The notes below the pieces were generated by a model. The model did no database searches and was not told the origin of the DNA. It saw only the letters and a program-made list of their open reading frames with translations. From positions 75,950,001 to 76,014,000 of the forward strand of contig JAGIQG010000010.1 in NCBI GenBank assembly GCA_024679065.1: DNA of 64,000 bases. Reading direction: 5' to 3'. Shown piece after piece: positions 12,506-26,199 of this stretch. Source of the stretch: Sphyrna mokarran. Its lineage: Eukaryota. The position numbers were made by a program, and so were the translations under genes. The stretch's first letter is position 1; each line of letters starts with the position of its first letter.

Positions 12506-14301
12506 GGTTTGCTATTGCTGTTTTCTGTGTCCAAGTTGATGCCATCTAGTTTTATTCTTTTTTGACTGATCTCTGGAGGGTTGCTACAATGGGGTGGCTT
12601 CCGGGGTCATTTCAGGGCGCAGCCTGGAGTCAAAGATAGGGCAAGCCAGATAAAGGCAGCAAATTTCTTTCTCTAAAGAAACAGGTGAACTAGATGTTTT
12701 TAAGCCAGCTGCCAATGATAGTTCCATGGCGTTATTACGGAAGCTAGCTTTCAATTCCAATGGTCTTATTTTAAATTGATCAATTGAATGTTAATTCCAC
12801 GGCCCACCAGATGCCGTAATGGGAATTGAATCCGTAGAATATTATTCCAGTGACATTACAACCGTCTTCCCGAATCAGTGACTTTACCAACCTTATTATA
12901 GCTGATTCAATACACACACTTTAAAAGAAATCAAGATGAGTTATAATAAAGGGTAGGATACCCCGTTTTGAAGCATTCATTTCTCTTACTTCCTTGGTCT
13001 TATGTAGCATTCCTCTGTGTAAAAGAGAGAGAGGGGACGGGCAGGGGGAGGTGACTGCCTCCCATAAGCATTGAGATTGCAGAGATTTCTTTGAAACCTG
13101 TTGTACCTGTTTGGATACAGTTTCCTCTGATTTTTCCTATCTCTATTTTGGAAGGGCATGAGCTCAGCGCTGTCCGTCTCTGTGACCACCGAGAAGGGAG
13201 TAGAAAAAGCAGACTGCTGGTATATACCCCAATGAATCCACTCCTTTCTCCCCCTCCACCCAGCTCAGAGACTCCAGAACACCCGGCATTCCCACCTGGA
13301 GAAAGTACAAGTAGATGAGGAACAGGTGATATATGCCTCTTCTAAATGATTTTTCCCCATCATCCTCACTCGAATGCTGAAATAATTTGTACATAGTTGG
13401 TTGCACCCAGCGTTCGCTGTCTTCCAGCTGCAGGGTTGAATCAGGAGTACAGCACACTTTGGACAATCTTGGCATTTTACAATTCCTTAGGCGCAGTGAA
13501 GAGATTCCAGGTCGTTTACTTAGGAGTTCGTTTTTGAACCCGAGCCCTAGACTAATCCATGGCACTTGTAGCAAATAATAACACGCGAACATTAAAAAGA
13601 AATAGTGCAGACTGACTTGTGATGTTAACGGGACAGAAACCAGTGCAGAGTGAAGGCTACATCGATTCAGCGGGTTATAGCGGAGTAATAAGACTCTGTT
13701 TACTGTTCCATTTGAGGTGTGAAATGTGAGGTTGGACTAATACAGTTAACACATATTTCGCCTTCTTTGTACCGTATAATAATAAACTGAACCACTGAAA
13801 GTTGGATCAACCACAACTTTAGTAAGTGCTACCTCGACTGGGAATTAATATCAGGAAAAAAGTGAAACGATATTTTTAAATGCCATGACCTCCATGACCA
13901 GGGTCCCGGAAACGTGTACAGAACAACTAAATTTAATAGCTAATTTAGACCTTCACATATCTGTAAAAAAAAAGATATTAAAACGCTATCGATAACCGAT
14001 GGAAATCTGAAATAAGTCGTCCTACTCAAGTTATGTTGTCTATGGCTGGTTATCGATCTGAAAATTTCTACATTGGAATTAAGAAAGGCGAGATACCACG
14101 GGCTTTTAAGGATATTAGTAGTTTGCCTCTACATTATGCACACGAACAATTTCAGACCAAGATCTGGGACTGCTGTGATACCTCCTGAGGTTGAATAGTC
14201 AACGCATTATCGCTGCCAATGGTTACTTGGAGTTTCACAATATTTCTATCCCATCTGAGCAACCGCGCAGATGAAAGCTGGGAACTTTAAAAGCTGAACA
14301 C

Positions 14302-16508
14302 CAGATTCATCAACCGCACTTACAAGACAGTCCCGAGCTTCACCCAAGCACAAAGCAAGGCCATCCGTGCTCTCAAGACCAACCACAACATTGTCATCAA
14401 ACCAGCAGACAAAGGAGGCGCCATCGTCATACTGAACAGAACGGACTACTGTGAAGAAGTGTACCGACAACTAAACAATGTGAAACACTACAGACAGTTA
14501 CCAGCAGATCCGACCAAAGAACACACTTGTCAACTCAACACTTTGATCAAAACCTTTGATCCGGACCTTCAGAACAGCCTCCGGGCTCTCATTCCACGTA
14601 CTCCCTGCATTGGAGATCTCTACTGACTCCCAAAGATACACAAGGCAAACACACCCAGCCGTCCCATCGTATCGGGCAATGGGACCCTGTGTGAGAACCT
14701 CTCCAGCTATATCGAGGGCATCCTGAAACCCATTGTACAAAGAACCCCCAGCTTTTGTCTTGACACTACGGACTTCCTACAGAAACTCAACACGCATGGA
14801 GCAGTTGAACCAGGGACACTCCCTGTCACAATGGATGTCTTGGCGCTCTACACCAACATCCCCCACGATGATGGTATTGCTGCAACTGCCTCAGTACTCA
14901 ATGCCAACAACTGCCAGTTTCCGGATGCAATTTTACAACTCATCCGCTTCATCTTGGACCACAATGTCTTCACCTTCAACAATCAGCTTTTCATCCAGGC
15001 ACATGGAACAGCCATGGGGACCAAATTCGCACCTCAGTATGCTAACATCTTCATGCACAGGTTCGAACAAGACTTGTTCACCACACAAGATCTTCAACCA
15101 AGGTTATATACTAGATACATTGATGACATCTTTTCCCTTTGGACTCATGGTGAACAATCATTGAAACAACTGTATGATGATATCAACAAGTTCCATCCCA
15201 CCATCAGACTCACCATGACTATTCTCCAGAATCAGTTGCATTCTCGGACACACGCATCTCCATCAAGGACGGTCATCTCAGCACCTCACTGTACCGCAAA
15301 CTGACAGACAACCTCACAACGCTCCACTTCTCCAGCTTCCACCCTAGACATGTTAAAGAAGCCATTCCCTATGGACAAGCCCTCTGTATACACAGAATTT
15401 GCTCAGATGAGGAGGATCGTGACAGACACCTCCAGACGCTGAAGGATGCCCTTGTGAGAACAGGATATGACGCTTGACTCATTGATCGACAGTTCCGACG
15501 TGCCACAGCGATAAACCACACTGACCTCCTCAGAAGACGAACATGGGACACGGTGAACAGAGTACCTTTTGTTGTCCAGTACTTCCCCGGAGCGGAGAAG
15601 CTACGACATCTTCTCCGGAGTCTTCAACATATCATTGATGACGATGAACATCTCGCTAGGGCCATCCCCACCCCTCTACTTCTTGCTTTCAGACAACCAC
15701 ACAACCTCAAACAGATCATTGTTCGCAGCAAACTACCCAACCTTCAGGAGAACAGTGACCACAATACCACACAACCCTGCCACAGCAACCTCTGCAAGAC
15801 ATGCCAGATCATAAATATGGACGACATCATCAAACGTGAGGATACCATTCACCAGGTACACGGTACATACTCTTGCAACTCGGCCAATGTCGTCTACCTA
15901 ATACGTTGCAAGAAAGGATGTCCCGAAGCATGGTACATTGGGGAGACCATGTAGACACTACGACATCGGATGAATGAGCATCACTCAACAATCACCAGGC
16001 AAAACAGTTCCCTTCCTGTGGGCGAACACTTCAGCAGTCATGGGCATTCGGCCTCTGACCTGCAGGTAAATGTTCTTCAAGGGGGCCTTCGTGACACACG
16101 ACAGCGCAGAGTTGCTGAGCAGAGACTGATAGCCAACTTCCGCACACATGAGGATGGTCTTAATAGGGATCTTGGCTTCATGACACACTATCTGTAACCC
16201 CCGTAACTTGCCTGGGTTAGCAAAAAACCTCACTTACTGTGCTGTCTGGAGAAAATACACAATTCTCTTACCAATGCTCAGGATTCCCTTCACACACATT
16301 GTTCGCCACTTTAACACTTCATTAGCAGGTTAGATGTAAGGATTCACATTCTAATCAGCAATCTGTGACTGTCTGTGTTGATATGAGTGCTATTGCAGAC
16401 CAGAACACTGCATTTGCCTGACGAAGACACAGAGTGTTGAAAGCTCGCAAATTTACTATCAAATAAATCGGTTGGATTTAAAATTGGTGTTGCTAAATTC
16501 TTACTGAG
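14302..16508 (+). mobile_element. Penelope-like retroelement (RT plus GIY-YIG endonuclease), 5'-truncated, with stops and a frameshift
   Basis: IVIKPADKGGA, PKIHK...RPIVS, MDVLALYTNIPH, GTAMGTKFAPQYANIFM and RYIDDIF mark the RT. CNSANVVYLIRCKKGCPEAWYIGET and EQRLIANF...GLN mark GIY-YIG. Premature stops near 14624 and 15952; the 3' terminal repeat carries a hammerhead motif. Confidence 0.95.
16412..16452 (+). ncRNA. Minimal type I hammerhead ribozyme in the Penelope 3' repeat
   Basis: ATTTGC-CTGACGA-AGACAC-AGA-GTGTT-GAAA-GC-TC-GCAAAT: perfect 6-bp stem I, intact catalytic core and palindromic AGCT stem III. Confidence 0.8.
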
Positions 16509-16689
16509 AACTTAAACAAATACGTATCTGTGAAGACCCTTATGGTGTCTTAATATTTCCACTGCTTATTTTATGGCCTATCTTTGATGAAAATGTCGTT
16601 GAATAATCATTGATTATATATATTCTGCAGTCATCTCAAAATCTCTCATAACCATTTCATTCATCCTTTCAGAAACAACAAACATTCGG

Positions 16690-17370
16690 AATGATTTGAT
16701 TTGATTTATTATTACATGGATTGATATACAGTGAAAAGTATTGTTTCTTGTAGTATACAAAGCATACCATTCATTGAGAAGGAAAGGAAACAGTACAGAA
16801 TGTAATGTTACAGTATTAGCTAGGGTGTAGAGAAAGGTCAACTTAATGCGAGGTAGGTCCATTCAAAAATCTGATAGAAAGAAGTTTTTGAGTCAGTTGG
16901 TACATGATCTCAGATTTTTGTATCTTTTTCCTGATGGCAGGAGATGGAAGAAAGTATGTCCTGGGATGTGTAGGATCTTTAATGATTCTGGCTACTTTTC
17001 CGAGGCAGTGGAAAGTGTAGGCAGAGTCATTGGATGGAAGGACAGTTTGCATGGTGGATTGGGCTACCTTCACAACCCTTTGTATTTCATTGCAGTCTTA
17101 GACAGAGCAGGGGCCATACTAATCTGTGATACAACCAGAAAGAATGCTTTCTATGGTGCATCAGGAAAAGTTGGTAAGAGTTGTAAGGGACATGACTAAC
17201 TCCGTTCTGAGAAAGTAAAGGCATTAGTAGGCTTTCTTAACTATAGTGTCTGTGTGAGGAGATCAGTGCAGGTTTTTTATGATCTGGACACCTAGAAACT
17301 TGAAGCTTTTGACCATTTTCACTTTGTCCCCATTGATGTATACAGAGCATGTCCCCCGCTAATCTTCCTG
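16690..17370 (-). mobile_element. Rex1/Babar-like non-LTR retrotransposon 3' fragment
   Basis: Minus-strand pieces FKFLGV, CTIESILSGCIT, QRVVKVAQ, IIKDPTHP and IRFLNG. Tail of (ATCAA)n repeats. Confidence 0.7.
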
Positions 17371-20300
17371 ATTTAATTATGATTAAGTAGCCACAATAGT
17401 TAAAGCTGAAAGTAGAATGACCAAGTCCAATTATCTTGGCCTTCCTAAACTATGTTATCAACTTCTGGAGAGTCGCAGGGTCCTCGATCCAAAAGGAAGT
17501 AATGGGGTAAATTTTCCTGTTCCATCTGCCACAGGAATTGGAAAGGACGAGAGGCAGACCATGGAAAGGTCCATTGATCTTGAAGAGGATTTTCCAGTTT
17601 CACGGTGTGCACAGCTGGAAAATTCTGGCAATATGTTGGCTTTCCAGAAGGCAGATCAGACCCCTACCAGCTCCATTCAATGCACCCTTTATGTTGTCAT
17701 CACAATTTATTTTCCTGCCTTCATACAGTTTATAGCTTACAATACAATTGTGTCTTCATCCATGTCACTAATATGGATTGTAAATAGTTAAAATCCTAGC
17801 ACTGTCCTGTGACTTCCCATTAGTTACAGTTTGGCTGAAAAATTACTCATTTATCCCAGTGCTCTGTTTCGTATTAATTGGCCAAATCTCTTTCTTTGCT
17901 AATATATTAACTCAACACTATGAGCTTTTATGTTATGTAGCACTTACCTTTTGTGTGGCATGTTTACAGATTCTGCTTTACTCACTGTACTTATTGCATC
18001 CTTAAAGAACTGTAATAAATGTGTTGAACATGACTTATCTTTCCAAAGCCATGTTGATTTGCTTGTTTGCATTATGATTTTCTACTTGTCTGCTGCTACC
18101 TCCTTAAAAATGGGTCGGGAAGAAAGGCAACTAAGGAATTTTCACAATAACTTCATCGTAATGTTAATATAAGCCCACTAGTGACGCTAATAAATAAATA
18201 GAAAAATCCCTAAGAATGCATGTCTGCATTTTCCAGTGACAGATGTTGAGCTAACTAATCTATAGTTTCCTGTCTTCGTCCTTTCTTGATTAGAGAATTA
18301 CACTTGCTATTTTCCAATCTTCTGGGACTTTTCCAGAGTGTAGCAAATTTTGAAACATTATGACCAATGCATTCATTGTCTTTACAGTCACTTTCTTGAA
18401 GACACTACTTTGCAGACCATTATGTCCAGGGGAGTTTGAGGAGGTTGGAACAAATACTGCAGGTACCAAAAATCTTTCGAAACAGAAATTGAGCTGAAGG
18501 ACTTCTAAAAATCATTAGTTAGTCTCAACTGGAATATTCCAGCTCTAGACACAACACTTTTGGAAAGATATTCAAGTCTTAGAGAGGATTCAAAATAAAT
18601 TTAGGATAATGTTACCGGGGGTGAGGGACTTCAGTTGTGTGAAGAGACTATAAAAAGTGAGATCTCCTGAGAATGCGGAGAGTTATGGGGAAATTTCATG
18701 AATTACATAGAACATACAGTACCAAAACAGGCCATTCAGCCCAGCTCGTTTGTGCTGGATTTTATACTCCACACAGGTATCTCTCATTCTATCTACCACA
18801 TTTCATTGTTTCACAAACTTATCTTCTCTTTTCTCTCATGAACAGAGCTTTTCTCTATTTTCATTCTGCATTTATCATTAAATCTCGTATTTTTTCAGAA
18901 CCAATTCTGATGAATGGTCAACCACCTGAAACATCAATTTTATTTCTCTCCACAGATATTCCCCAATCTGTTGAGTGTTTCTGCATTTTCTGATTTTATT
19001 TTGTATTTGTCATCCCTACTTATGAATTCCACTAAAAGTGAAAACAATCTCACCATATTTATCCTTTCCAACCCATTCACAATATTAACTACATCTAAAA
19101 ATTACCTCTAAATCTCCTTTCAAATGAGAAATGGTTTCCAGTGCTAAGAGAATTACAAACTAAATGACATCGATCTTAGCTAATTGATAAAAGAACCAGT
19201 GGGGAGATGAAAAAAAATTTGCCTATCCATCTGGTTATAATATATCCTCAATGCACGGCTCAAAAGAACAGTGAAAGCGGTGATTTTCAAAAACAGGAAA
19301 AATATTTCAAGGCTATTGGAAAAAAGCTGGGACATGGAACTAATTGGATAACTCGTTCAACTTGCCATGTGGTGACATTTTGCACCCCTATTTGAGGAAG
19401 TGGAGAAAGTTGAGTTAGTTAAATAGTCTTGCCTCAGTTCTAGATTAGCTGCTACTGTTCCTGACATGAGATGACATTAAAGAACACTGATTCACTAATC
19501 AGAATAATTACTGTGGATTTCTAAAAAGCAGCTTGTGCTTGATTAATCTGTTTGAATTTTTTGAGGAAGTCAAAATGTACACATTATATCTGGATTATCA
19601 GAAAGTATTTACTAAAATACCACATAACTTGTTTGAACCACTGATATCCTGGTGGTGATGGTGCTTTCATGGTCATATTAAATACAGAATCCAAGATGCA
19701 GCAATGACAGGCAATGGTGATACATATTTTTAGAAGGTGCTTAAGGCAGGAAGAGGGGTAGTAATGTTCTGATGTAGACTCAGATTGGATTTGAAAAGTC
19801 AGAGGGGAATCCTCCGGGCCCACTAACTGCTGGCGAGAAACATGATGACCTGGAGACTTGGGCATTGGGCAAAAAACAGAATGACCCTGGCTTGCCCCTT
19901 GAGCCCGATTGGGTTCCTAATAATTATCCAAGCCCATTAATTGTATTTCAATTAGAGAGCTTGATGACCCATGCACCACCTCAAACCCTGCCCATTTCAC
20001 ATTTCTCTCCAGCACAAAATGCACTGCCAGGCTGAACTCGAGGGTCTAGGGGAGGACCATCAACCCTCAACTAAGAGGTGCATCCTCCTTCCCACCATTC
20101 AAATAATAGGCCACCATACATCGCCCCCCCCCCGCAACCATCCTCACAGACCATACAGTCCACCTTCAGACCATGCATTTTGATAGCACCAACAGTGCAC
20201 TGCCCTCTGACACTTTAGCTTGGTGGCTTAGTCCCTGAGAGGGGTTAAGGAGATAAGTCCAGTGGTCATTTGCTCCTTTCATGCCTCCAGGCTGCAGAGG

Positions 20301-21445
20301 GAGGGTCACAGAGGTTGGCTGGGCTTGGGCTGAGGGCAAAGGGTTGACCTCGCCACTCTCCCTCAGGATGGGAATTTCATAGCTTGACTGTCCCTTAAGC
20401 AGTTTGACTCTTCCTTTTCCAAACCATTTATTCCACAGCTGTTAATCAGGTTTAGAGTCTCTGTAAACATTGCAGTTAGGAAAATGGAGGTACTTGGGAT
20501 GCATTCAAGCATCAAGTTAAATGAAAATAAACACAGCTGACTAGAGACCAAGTACAAATCCATTAAACTGTTAATGGAAGCCTGTTTAAAGTCACTATAT
20601 TTTGGAATTGACAGAGATCTAAGATTTCCAATGCATTAGAGATGGTTTCAAAGATTTCACCTTGCTAGGAAGGCTCAGAGACTCCAGATCAAAGCTGAAT
20701 GAATACACTGGAGCTGAATACACAGCCATGCAGAATGAAGCTCCCTCCTTTCTCCCTCCCCAACCACCAAAAATTAACATTTCCTCTCTGTCAGAGGACT
20801 CGAAGGGGTCTGCTCACATCTGCAGCTTCTGTCAGGCAGAAGAGGAAATCCCTGATGCTGAATGGAGTGATTTAAGAGCCTGCCAGGTGATCAGAGAGCA
20901 TGAAAATTAGTGACTGGGCCACTTCAACATTTTCAGAGCTGATAGGCAGGGATGCAGAAATGGATCTATTGATGTTCTTCAGGTCTGTGAAGGCCAAAAG
21001 GGGCAGTCAAGCCATGAGACCCCCGTCCTTGATGAGAGGTTGTGAGGTCAACCTCTTGCACCAAGCCTGAGCTCACTTGACCCTTAGGACCTTTGAGGAG
21101 CCCTCCCTCTGTAGCATGACAGTAGCAGAGAGAAAAATGCTCACTGGACCTATCACATTGATCACCATTAATCCAAAGTGCCAGGCCAGCTGACAGTGCG
21201 AGGGTGCCAGGGACAGTGCATCGTTAGCATGGGGGAATAGGGAATGTGTAAGTCTTTGCTTCTGGAAAGAAAACCGCCCATAACAGTTTTAACCTGCCCT
21301 CCTCTATAGGAATTTTGATTCTGGATTCTGGACTCACATGAATCCATGACTCTTATTTTTATCTTGATCTTGCTCTTTCTTTCCTGTTTCCTCTTCTGTT
21401 GTATGAATGCAAAAGGGATGAGCATTGCGAATCCTCTTTCCACAT

Positions 21446-21447
<2 letters not shown>

Positions 21448-21484
<37 letters not shown>
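21448..21484. repeat. (TG)n microsatellite
   Basis: About 18 perfect TG units. Confidence 0.98.
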
Positions 21485-21486
<2 letters not shown>

Positions 21487-22439
21487 AATCCTCTTATTTT
21501 ACCTTACCTCGAGTTGCTGCAGGGCAATAGAGGATTGGATTACTCCAAACTGGAAGGTTGTAGAAAATATTCAGCACTTATCAAGGGGAAAATCAGAAAT
21601 TGAAAATACCTTTCTGTTTATGGATGGGTAGAGAGAGGATAAATCAGGGCTGTTTAGATTAACCCCTCTCCTGTCCAGAACAAAAAGTATAAATAATCGT
21701 TAAATTTTGCAATATATCAAAACATCTCAAAATGTTTCATCCATGAATTTACATTTTATAGGAGTTTCTCTTCAGGTTAAGCTGCTAAAACTAAACCATT
21801 TAAAAAGGTGAGTAGTTTCCTGGTTTGTCTTGTGGAGAGTTGTATTCATCAGAAGCAATATGAATTCACATCACCTCAGACCTGCCTCCCTGAACATTTG
21901 CTGCTGTGTCTTGAGCACTCTTCTTACTTGGCTGTTCTTGGTCTTACTTTGCTCTTTACGCATATCCATAGTGAGGCCTTTACCCATGTCAATATTATAC
22001 AACATACTCTACAATTTTATCTACGCTCATTGATTTTTTCATGTGATTAAAGCATTGAATCAACCCCCAAATATTTGCTTAATAGTTATATATGTACATC
22101 ACTATATCTGATCTTTGGTGGGCCATGTGAGTTACGCAAAATGCCATCTGCCATAATTCTAGTACAATACCCATACATTTTAGCAAAAATCCACACAGCA
22201 TTGCAGTCTCCTTTTCTTTCAAACAGCTATGCCACATTTAACATTTTAAGAATGAGGCCATGAGGCTCGCAGTGATGTGCTTTACTTTACGGCGATAGTC
22301 ATATGCCATATTTATGCTGCTGAATCAATATTCTTTTATATTTATTTATGCATGAATAGTTCCACAAGGAGAGTTAATGCTGCTCTTTTCTTTGGAGACA
22401 TTGTTAAATTCTATCTGCCTCTGCTGCCACAGTTTGTGG

Positions 22440-23040
22440 TGCCTATTGTGATTGTTTGTCCATCATCATCGATGAGGACCTCAACACCATTAGTCATTTG
22501 AGGCTGGTTGCAGTATGTCCGAAGATGACTGATCAGGCCAATTTGGGCCTGGAATACCTGGCACATATGGGGCAGACTTGTGTAGACACTGCATTTGATG
22601 CACTGGTGGCTCTGGACTTAAGTTGTGCATCAGCAATACACCTTGCTTTGTGAGCTTGACAGCTTTTGTGGATGAGGGAGGCCCAGGTAGGGCAGTTTTG
22701 TGCCAGCATTTCCTAGGTGATTGTGTCAATGTCAAATGACTTCAGGAAGGCCTTGAGTCTGTCTTTGGAAATTTCTTCTGCTCTCCATGCAAGCTTCTTC
22801 CAGCAGAGAGTTCCCAAAAAGGAGCTGCTTGGGTATGCGCTCGGATGACATGACCTGCCGACCAGGTCTGCACTTTCATCAGTAGTGTGTGGACTGATGA
22901 TAGACTTGCTCTAGAATGGTGCCTACTAACGTTTATACGGATGGTAAAACCAAGGTTGTGAATCTCCACACATGTTCTTCCATTAGTCTGCCAGAGCTTC
23001 AGTAAGAGATACATAAAATCCTGCAAATGCAGCATTCCGA
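22440..23040 (-). mobile_element. RTE-clade LINE 3' fragment
   Basis: Translation ...WSAGHVIR...(PKQLL)FWELSAGRSLHGEQKKFPK resembles the RTE C-terminus RWAGHVxRM...PKQLLxGEL..G.R..GGQ.KR. Tail of (GAT)n repeats. Confidence 0.65.
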
Positions 23041-23148
23041 CCCCAGGGTTCCAGTTGTCTCTTTAATGCAGCAGTAGATGATATAGTGATTGACTCCCAT
23101 GATGTTTCTGTGGCTGCGTAGAAACATGATTTTTTTTAAGTGTATCTT

Positions 23149-23175
23149 CACACACACACACACACACACACACAC
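23149..23175. repeat. (CA)n microsatellite
   Basis: About 13 CA units. Confidence 0.97.
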
Positions 23176-23674
23176 TTACTTTTCTTACTTTGGGGAATGA
23201 TGGAGAAGTGGAGGAAGGATTCCTGAGTTGATCAGCAGCTGTTGAATTGTGTTTGACCAGTAAGTTCTGGTGCTGGATTTGAAGCTGGAGTGTCTGTGCC
23301 AGAAAATCTCCTAAGATTTATGTTAACTTGAATGCTTATGTTTAGACAGAAATACACAGCCACAACAAAAACAAAAATTGTGGATGCAGAAACTCTGAAA
23401 TAAAAACAGAAAATGCTGGAAATGCTCAGCAGGTCTGGTGGCATTTATGGAGAATGAATCAGAATTAATGTTTCGAAGAAGGATTCTTAACCTGAATCGA
23501 AACTCTGTTTCTTTTTCTGTCATTGCAGCCAGACATATGCTTTATCAAACATGGTATATACAAAATGTATAGTATGTTCTTACTGGGTGGCTAGATCAAC
23601 TTTTTCCTAAATATATTTTGTTTGATCAGTGATGCATTTAAGGAAAAGCTGGATAAACACATGAGGGAGAGAGA

Positions 23675-24070
23675 AAAAAGACTTGCGTTGATACAGCAAT
23701 TTCACAAATTCCAGAGGTTATAACTTGCTTTACAGCCAATTTGGAATGTTAAAAACATAGGCATCAATACACATACTGCAAACTCCCAAAAACAGCAATC
23801 TGATAATGATCATAATAATCTGATGACGTGGTGTAGATTAAGCAATAAATTTTAACCAGGACAATGCTCTCCCCTCTTTTTCTTCAAAACAGTGCCTTCA
23901 GGATCTTTTAGCCCCGCCCAAACAGGCAGGCAGAAGCCTTAGTTTAATCATCTCATCTCAAAGACAGTACCTCTGATAGTGCAGCACTCCCTCAGTGCTG
24001 GAGTGTCAGCATTAATTTTTGTGCTCAAAGCTGGAAGCATGATTTGAACCTAGAGCTTGTAACTGAGCAG
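23675..24070 (-). mobile_element. Deu-domain SINE (SacSINE1/AmnSINE1-like)
   Basis: Reverse complement CTGAGGGAGTGCTGCACTATCAGAGGTACTGTCTTTGAGATGAGATGATTAAAC...TAAAAGATCC...GGCACTGTTTTGAAGA...CAGATTGCTGTTTTTGGGAGTTTGC matches the recalled Deu-SINE consensus. Confidence 0.75.
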
Positions 24071-25224
24071 CAAGGGAGTTACATACTGAACTATAGCTGG
24101 CACAAAAGGGAGCTGGGAGAAGAAAGGAATAGATTTGTTGAAAGTGGGGAGGGGATTCTTTTAGTGCATAAACACTGTGAGAGACCAGATGGGCCAAATG
24201 GCCTGCTTCTGTACTCTGAGTTCCATAAAATAGCCTGTATTGTAATATTTGATTGAATTTGAAATTCTAGATCAACTTATGTTGTATGTTTTTAAACTTG
24301 TATCCTTTTGTATTTAGTTTGATTAGCATCTTATGTTTAAATTGTGTGTAGTATATGCTTATATTGCTTTATCAAGCAAGTTTAGATTGTCATGTACTGC
24401 GTATTTGCACTGACTTGTACTACTTGCTTACATTGCTTACGTATTCACATTTGTTCAGTATTGATAAGACGAGGTCAATGTTTATACCATATTCAAGTGG
24501 AATTTGCAATATGCACATGGTTTGTGGGAGAAGTTTCAAGTAGGGTGGAAATAAATGATGATTTTTCTGGTAACATTTTGCAAAATGAAGGACAATTTCA
24601 GAAGCTCATTAATTGTATAGTTTTTATGAAGTTAATTTTGAGTTAGATTTTAAAGAAATGCATTTCGTATATAAATTAAAATAAGCATTTAGTTATGGTA
24701 AGAAAACAAATGCGAATTACTATTTTCTTCAGCACCAGTTTACTAATGGGAGCCACACAAGTTGGTGAATTTCCTATGGTTATTGGCACAAATGAAATAT
24801 CAAGAATTGGAAATTTATACCTGCATTTTAATAAGCAAGGGTTAACTTATTACTCCTTGCTCATTAAAATCAGCAACAACTTTAATGAGCAAGTCAATAT
24901 CAATCAAAACATTTAACATCGACTCATTGTACCTAGCCTGAGTCAGACATCATGGTGTAGAGGTTCCACTTATTTCTGCTGGTAATCCCTATGTAACCCA
25001 AACAGAAACAGAAGACTTAATGCAAAAGATTGGAGAATTTTAAGGGTAAGAAATTTACACCCACAATCGCTCATGTTCATGCTTTCCACAAATTTGCATT
25101 AGCTCAGGATTCAATGGCCTTCATCTTCTAACAGGACAAAAGAAATCCACTTACAAACCCATGTTGTTTAAGACCAGACTTCTCAATGTACCCACACCTT
25201 CCCCTCCAAGATCTTCTAGCACAG

Positions 25225-25867
25225 TAAGGTGGGAAAAGCTCCAGCACAACATTGCGAAAGGTGTCCACTATACAATGCAGGAAAGTCTCCAGCGCCGCAT
25301 AGCAGGAGAGCATCCAGTGCAGGAATGCAGGAAGGCATCCAATGCAGCAATGCAGTAAAACCTCCAGCACAGCAATGCGGGAAAGCCTCCACACAGCAAT
25401 GTGGAAAGCCTCCAGTGCAGCAATGCAAGACGGCATGCAGTGCAGCAATGTAGGAAAACCTCCAGTGCAACAATGTGGGAAAGCTTTAATGCAGCAATGC
25501 AGGAAGGCCTCTAGTGCAGCAATGTGGGAAAGCCTCCATTGCAGCAATGCAGGAAAGCCTTCAATACAGCAATGCGGGAAACCTTCATTGCAGCAATATA
25601 GGAAAGCCTTCAATGCAGCAATGTGGGAAAGCCTCCAGTGTAGCAATGCAGGAAGGCCTCCAGTACAGTGATGTGGGAAAGCCTCAATGCAACAATGCGG
25701 GAAGGCTTCCACTGCAGCAATATGGAAAATCCTCCAGTGCAGCAATGCAGAAAGGCCTCCAGTGCAGCAATGCAAGAAGGCCTCCAGTGCAGCAATGTGG
25801 GAGTGCCTGCAGTGAAACAATGCAGGAAAGCCTTTAGCAAAACAATGTGGGAAAGTTTCCAGTGCAA
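25225..25867. repeat. 25-bp minisatellite, about 26 degenerate copies
   Basis: Units such as AGCAATGCAGGAAGGCCTCCAGTGC and AGCAATGTGGGAAAGCCTCCAGTGC in register without spacers. Confidence 0.95.
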
Positions 25868-26199
25868 TTTTCTTTCCTGTGTTAGATTCACAGATTTCCA
25901 TGGACATATCAGATGGTAATGGAGGCGTAAAATCTGAAATTCCTGAAATGATCAGATGGGAGTCAAATGCATCACACCAAAAAAAAGCAGCAGCTGCATT
26001 GAAAGAAAAAGAGGAGTGTCAAACATGGAATAGGAGGGGAGATTTGTAATTAATCATTGCCAAAACCTCTGTCTTAATGTTAAATCTTATGGCTTTTGAG
26101 GAAAGAGAGGTCTGTAATGTAATGGCTGCTATAGAAGGAAGCTGCTCAAAATTGACAGGAGACAAAGGACCTGCAGTTTTGGAAATTTTTACCAGGGTC

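Noticed and set aside
13164-13592. 142-aa minus-strand ORF
   Set aside because: No recognisable domain or homolog pattern; kept only as a possible noncoding exon.
25128-25919. 259-aa Cys/His-rich ORF and overlapping ORFs; possible CRISPR-like array
   Set aside because: These are by-products of a 25-bp tandem repeat, with no unique spacers, no splice context, and a vertebrate genome.
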